Position numbers and translations under genes: made by a program | Notes under the pieces: model-generated | What the model was told of the DNA's origin: nothing | The model's database searches: none | The model's input: only the letters and a program-made list of their open reading frames with translations | Source of the DNA: an uncultured Sandaracinaceae bacterium | GTDB taxonomy: Bacteria > Myxococcota_A > Polyangia > Polyangiales > JAFGIB01 | Length of the DNA: 64,000 nucleotides | Direction of reading: 5' to 3' | Assembly: GCA_964450715.1 (NCBI GenBank) | Contig: CAYVFC010000001.1 | Span: 18,336 to 82,335 of the forward strand | Shown here: positions 56,202-64,000 of the stretch, piece by piece | Position numbering within the stretch: the first letter of the stretch is position 1 | Layout of the letters: each line of letters opens with the position of its first letter

Positions 56202-59200
56202 CTATCCGTTTGTGGGAGGCACTTCGGGCGGCGGAGACTGCGGTATTGCCGGCGTCCCGCCCCGGAGCGGCTTTGCGCGCCACACACCTCCGGCGCTGAA
56301 ACAGCGCCAGCACCAGGGAAGCCACTTGATGAGGCTGGCGGCCAGCCAGAGCGACCAGAGCAGCATGGCGATGCGCCAGAACCAGATGGAGACGCTCAGC
56401 ACGTAGGCCCGAGGCATCTCTCCGGCCACGCGGTCGACGTACCAGCTGAGCGAGGTGTCGCTGCTCATGGCGCCCGCCACCTGCATGTCCGGCTGCACCA
56501 GCAGCCCCTCGTGTACGGCGACGAAGAACAGCCCGAGCGCTCCCACGGTCCAGCCCACCAGCGTCAGCTGAAAGAGATTGAAGGCCCAGCGCTTGTCCAG
56601 CTGCTTCTGCTCCCGGTATGCCAGTACGAAGAACCAGGCGACCAGGAATAGGGCCACCGGTGCGGGCACCTGCGTCAGGCCCAGCCCCAGCAGAATCCAC
56701 TGCCCTCGCCGCAAGGGGTTGTGGGGCGCCCGCGGCAGGACCAGCGCCACCATCACGATCATCAGCAGGTATCCCCAGAAGAGGATGGCCGGGCCCCAGG
56801 CCGGCCCGCCGGCCCAGAGCAGTAGGCGGTTGGAGGGAAGCTCGATGGTTACCCGCGCGTTGACGGCCGGGCGGCCCAGATCTACGGCCGGCACGCCCTG
56901 CACGGTCCCGATCCCGCCCGGCTGCTGCCACTGTACCTGCAGGTTGGATGCGCCCGGCTGCAGGGTGAAGCTCAGCTTGCGGCCCTTGCGCCGGATGGGC
57001 GACGCCTCTCCGTCGATCAGCAGCTGCTGGATGTCGGCCTTCTCCGGCAGGGATATGGAGTGTACACCGCCCACGCTGCTGCGCAGCGAAAGGCTCAATC
57101 CCGCTTTCAAGATCCGAATGCCCGGAGAGACCTCGAGCTCGGCCGAGTCGATGGTGGTGGACTGTCCGGCGACCGACTCGGGCCGGGCAAAGGCGATCCG
57201 CAGCTTCTCGCCGGGCCAGGGGTGGTAGACCGGCTCCCAGCGGCCGCCGCTCTGGTGCTGTACCGGGGCCAGCCCCTTCGTGCGGCACTGCCAGACCGGA
57301 CCGCACTGCAGCACCCAGACCTCGCCCACTCTCCCCTCGCGGGAGGCGACCAGCCGGAGCTGCTCGCGCCGCTCCAGCTTGGAGCTCCAACTCAATTCGG
57401 TGTCATCCCGGCCCAAGGAGATGACCACCTCGCCCTTTTTGACCAGCGTATCCTTTTCCGTGACCGACTCGCCCGGCAGCAGCGGGTAGCGCGCCACCAC
57501 CGGTGAGCCGGGGGGGCTCACCCGGCGGACGCTGGTCAGCACCTGCCACTCCCAGCTGGTGCCGATGACGAAGACGCGGGTGATCTCCAGCCAGGCCGGT
57601 AGCGTCTCCGACTGCAGCCGCTTTTCCGCGTCCACGTCGAGCAAACGGCTGATCTGGATGGACTGCTCGGCCCGCCCGTCCTCGCGCACGCCGTCCACCT
57701 TCCAGCCCTCGGCGTCGACCGCGACCCGGTGCGGCGCGTCCCCCAGGGTCAGCGTCAGCGAGTCGGCCGGGGGCAAGGGCCCCGCCATAGAGACGCGGTG
57801 CACGCCCGCGAGCACCCGCGCGTGCACGAAACCGTCCTCCTGCAGGCGAAGCGCCGCGCTCTCCCGTCCGTCGATCTGCACCGTTTCCGGCACCCAGGCG
57901 TCGGCCGGTCCGGGCAGGCGGAAGCTTCCCGCCGCGCCCGCGTGCACCTCGGCCGTCAAACGCAGGATATCGCGATCAACCGAGAGCGAGAGCGAATCGA
58001 CCGAGACGCATTCCGGGTAGCAGGCGGCCGGCAGGGTGAGCTTTCGTTGCAGCTCGCCCCGCAGATCCTTGTCCGGGACATCCGCCCGCACCGGAGCGGG
58101 TGCAGCCAGCATTGCCGCGAACAGGGCCGCGCCTGCGGCAACAGCCGCTGCCGGCCCGCTCGCCGCGGAACCCGCCGGAGGCGGCGCGCTGCGCCGGGCC
58201 GCCCGCACCAGCCCCACGGCCAGCAACCCGAGCAGGATGACCCGCAGGAAGGACAGCAGCCGGTTGACCGCGGGCGAGAGCAGCCGGAGCTCGATACGGT
58301 GATCCCGCGCCACCGGCCCGGACCAGCTCATTTCCACCGCCTTCCAGTACCAGCTCGGAACGCCAGGGCCGGTCTGTACCACCGCCTTGGGATCCTGCTG
58401 TAGCGCGGCCAGGTTGCGCAGATACCCGTCGTAGGCTTGCTTGTCTGTCTTCGCCGCCCAATCGCGCGACGAGGCCCCGCTGCCGCGCCCTGCCGTCGCT
58501 CGCAGCCTCCGTACCTTGCGCTTCTCGGCGACCTGCGCGGGCAGGGCCTGCTGTTGCGCCGGCATGGGACCGCCCGCCTCGGGCTGGTCCACCGGCTCGG
58601 GCTCCCCGGGCTGCGGCTTCTCCTCGGCTACCTCGAGATTGAGGGAGGCGCTTGGCGGGGGAAGGATGTGCCGCCCGTACCAGCCCACGTCGTACCGCTC
58701 CTCGATCTGCGGGTAGAGCCCGATGCGGATCTGTTCGACCGCGAAAGGTACGGCGATCAAAAGCAGTGCGACCGCGCTCGCGCCGAACAGAATCCGCACC
58801 ACCGTGCGCAGGCGGCCCTCGGGCACGATGCGCAACAGCGCTACCGCCGCCAGCAGGGAGAACCAGACCCCGAGCGGCGCCTCGGGCTCGTGGTAGCAGA
58901 TAGCCAGTGTAAATAGACCGAGCGCGCCCCAGCCCCTCCCCACCAGCCGGGCCAGGGCCAGCGACATCAGCAGCACGAAGAAGAAGCCGAACAGATCCCA
59001 GCGCGAGATCCAGGTCTGCACCTCATCCACGCCGCTGGCCGAGAGCAGCGACCAGCCGGGCGGTAAATGCAGGGTGGCCTCGAGCTTCTGCACGTCCTCT
59101 GACCAGCCCACCGCCGGAAGCTCGTCCAGCGCTTTCTCGTTCCGCCACTCGGCCACCACGCGCAGATTCGCCTCGCGCAGCTCGACCCCCGGCTTACCGC

Positions 59201-60425
59201 TGGCGGGTGATCGCGTGATCAGTTGGTCCGTCTCGCCGCTGGCCACGTGCCCCAGATCGCCCTGCAGCAGATCGAGCCGGTACCCTTTGTGCAGGGTTCC
59301 GGTAAGGGTGTCGCGCGCGGTGTAGCCGCGCCCGTCCAGGTCGAGCCAGAGCTGCCGCTCGATCTGCAGGTGGTTGGGCGGCGGGTCGGGTTGGCCGCGG
59401 CGCACGGTCGCGATGCGCATCGCCTCTCCCGGTTTCAGCAGGTAGGCGGGCAGCGAGTGCCACTGCGCGTCCAGGTCGGTCCGCTTGGGGTCGATATTGG
59501 TCGGTCCGCTGATGGTCGCCTGCCGCACGCTCTCGTCCGCCGACCAGACCCAGATCTCGTTCCGCGGCCAGGGAGCCGGCCGTTTCGGCGCGACCAGCTG
59601 GTCGGGCGAGGCCTCGCTACGCGCCAGGATCTCCACCGTGTAGGTTCCGGCCTGCACCTGCACGAACAGGTTGCCGTCCCGCTCCAGCCGCGCCGGAAGC
59701 TCGGTTTTAAGCGCCATAGGCACCGTGCCCTGCAGCACCACCCGTCCCAGCTCTACCTCGCGCGCGCGCCCCCCCGCGCGCAGCCGCAGGCGCGTGGTCA
59801 CCATCACCGGAACCCCGTCGTCGATGCGCCGGTGCACCGACAGCGAGATCTGCTCGCCCTGGCTCTGTCCTCGCTCGCTCCGCTTCAGCCAGAGCTTGCC
59901 CTCCTCGTCCCTGCGGGGAAACGGCACGGCCCGACCCTCGACCCGCAGCCTGACCAGCGCGGTGCTCTGCGGGATCTGCACCACCTCGGGCAGCGCCGGC
60001 CAGGTGAAGCGCCCCTGCACGCGGTGCTCGCCCGCCGCTAGCCTTAAATAGGGGCGACCGCCGCTTTGCAGCACCACCGCCGGCCGCCCGTCCACCTGCA
60101 CCTCGGCCGGCCAGTGCGCGGTCGACCCGGGCAGCGGCGCATCGATCTCGCGGTGGCTTACCACGCGTTGCTCGAAGCTCCCGCCCGTGGCGCCGACCTC
60201 GATCCGCAGGCTGCCCGGCCAGAGGCAGACCGCCTTACCTTCTGCTACCGGGCAGAGGTGGTCGAGCCGGTCGTCCAGCACCCACTCGATCCAGGGCCGC
60301 AGGTCGGGCGGCACCTTCTCGCGGTCCAGCGGCTGCGCGGCCGCGCCCCGGGGCCACGCCCCCCACGTCCACGCCGCCACCACCGCCGCTACCACCGCCA
60401 CTCGTAGCTCGCATCGGCTCGCCAT
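56202..60425 (-). CDS. Very large (1407 aa) exported/membrane protein of unknown function, internally duplicated
   Basis: Signal peptide, beta-rich segments and two TM bundles; long uninterrupted ORF with typical codon usage. Confidence 0.85.
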   Translation of the reverse strand: MASRCELRVAVVAAVVAAWTWGAWPRGAAAQPLDREKVPPDLRPWIEWVLDDRLDHLCPVAEGKAVCLWPGSLRIEVGATGGSFEQRVVSHREIDAPLPGSTAHWPAEVQVDGRPAVVLQSGGRPYLRLAAGEHRVQGRFTWPALPEVVQIPQSTALVRLRVEGRAVPFPRRDEEGKLWLKRSERGQSQGEQISLSVHRRIDDGVPVMVTTRLRLRAGGRAREVELGRVVLQGTVPMALKTELPARLERDGNLFVQVQAGTYTVEILARSEASPDQLVAPKRPAPWPRNEIWVWSADESVRQATISGPTNIDPKRTDLDAQWHSLPAYLLKPGEAMRIATVRRGQPDPPPNHLQIERQLWLDLDGRGYTARDTLTGTLHKGYRLDLLQGDLGHVASGETDQLITRSPASGKPGVELREANLRVVAEWRNEKALDELPAVGWSEDVQKLEATLHLPPGWSLLSASGVDEVQTWISRWDLFGFFFVLLMSLALARLVGRGWGALGLFTLAICYHEPEAPLGVWFSLLAAVALLRIVPEGRLRTVVRILFGASAVALLLIAVPFAVEQIRIGLYPQIEERYDVGWYGRHILPPPSASLNLEVAEEKPQPGEPEPVDQPEAGGPMPAQQQALPAQVAEKRKVRRLRATAGRGSGASSRDWAAKTDKQAYDGYLRNLAALQQDPKAVVQTGPGVPSWYWKAVEMSWSGPVARDHRIELRLLSPAVNRLLSFLRVILLGLLAVGLVRAARRSAPPPAGSAASGPAAAVAAGAALFAAMLAAPAPVRADVPDKDLRGELQRKLTLPAACYPECVSVDSLSLSVDRDILRLTAEVHAGAAGSFRLPGPADAWVPETVQIDGRESAALRLQEDGFVHARVLAGVHRVSMAGPLPPADSLTLTLGDAPHRVAVDAEGWKVDGVREDGRAEQSIQISRLLDVDAEKRLQSETLPAWLEITRVFVIGTSWEWQVLTSVRRVSPPGSPVVARYPLLPGESVTEKDTLVKKGEVVISLGRDDTELSWSSKLERREQLRLVASREGRVGEVWVLQCGPVWQCRTKGLAPVQHQSGGRWEPVYHPWPGEKLRIAFARPESVAGQSTTIDSAELEVSPGIRILKAGLSLSLRSSVGGVHSISLPEKADIQQLLIDGEASPIRRKGRKLSFTLQPGASNLQVQWQQPGGIGTVQGVPAVDLGRPAVNARVTIELPSNRLLLWAGGPAWGPAILFWGYLLMIVMVALVLPRAPHNPLRRGQWILLGLGLTQVPAPVALFLVAWFFVLAYREQKQLDKRWAFNLFQLTLVGWTVGALGLFFVAVHEGLLVQPDMQVAGAMSSDTSLSWYVDRVAGEMPRAYVLSVSIWFWRIAMLLWSLWLAASLIKWLPWCWRCFSAGGVWRAKPLRGGTPAIPQSPPPEVPPTNG

Positions 60426-60514
60426 GCTCTTCTCCCCTGGCCTGCTCTCGGATTCCAGCGCGGCCCTGCCGCGCGCAGACCCGCACGACCGCCACCCTCA
60501 ACGCCCTGCTTTCT

Positions 60515-60529
60515 GTTATCATTAATAAC
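60515..60529. promoter_or_regulatory. AT-rich palindrome GTTAT-N5-ATAAC in a divergent promoter region
   Basis: gttatcattaataac stands out in GC-rich DNA between divergent genes. Confidence 0.3.
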
Positions 60530-60605
60530 TCATTTACCGCGACGAGGTTAGACGCCCCGAGCCCGCGGAGGACCGTTTCCGCACCCGCACCCCAGGAGCT
60601 GCTGA

Positions 60606-63962
<3,357 letters not shown>

Positions 63963-64000
63963 ACCCCCCATACGTCCCCTTGCCAATTCGGGAGCTATCC

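Noticed and set aside
63968-63985. tacgtcccc similar to the 20.5-kb repeat core
   Set aside because: Only a 9-bp match at the window edge; could be chance

Overview
High-GC bacterial chromosomal window whose gene content (several Ser/Thr kinases, an FHA protein, a TPR/PEGA-type protein, Cys-rich lipoproteins, an AgmX-like protein) suggests a myxobacterium (Myxococcota, probably Polyangia-like); this is inference, not a database match. Recognisable housekeeping genes: lolA, cpoB/pal, an AspC-type aminotransferase, recQ, purC, purB, coaD, panE, a moaE-like gene, and pheA fused to a DAHP-synthase-like domain. Strongest candidates for something new: (1) a compact ACP + ketosynthase + catalytically degenerate ketosynthase (CLF-like) + serine-palmitoyltransferase-like PLP enzyme cluster at 13.1-18.5 kb; (2) a roughly 10 kb lower-GC island (about 20.8-30.85 kb), bounded by repeat clusters, encoding three radical SAM enzymes (two B12-binding), two GT2s, a GT-C-like membrane protein, an epimerase/reductase and a methyltransferase; (3) a B12-radical-SAM/TetR/dehalogenase-like unit with a visible tandem operator; (4) a chorismate mutase/prephenate dehydratase fused to an apparently dead DAHP synthase domain. 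Several REP-like palindromes are present. I found no rRNA, tRNA, CRISPR array, integrase or transposase. All product calls come from motifs read by eye; no searches were run.
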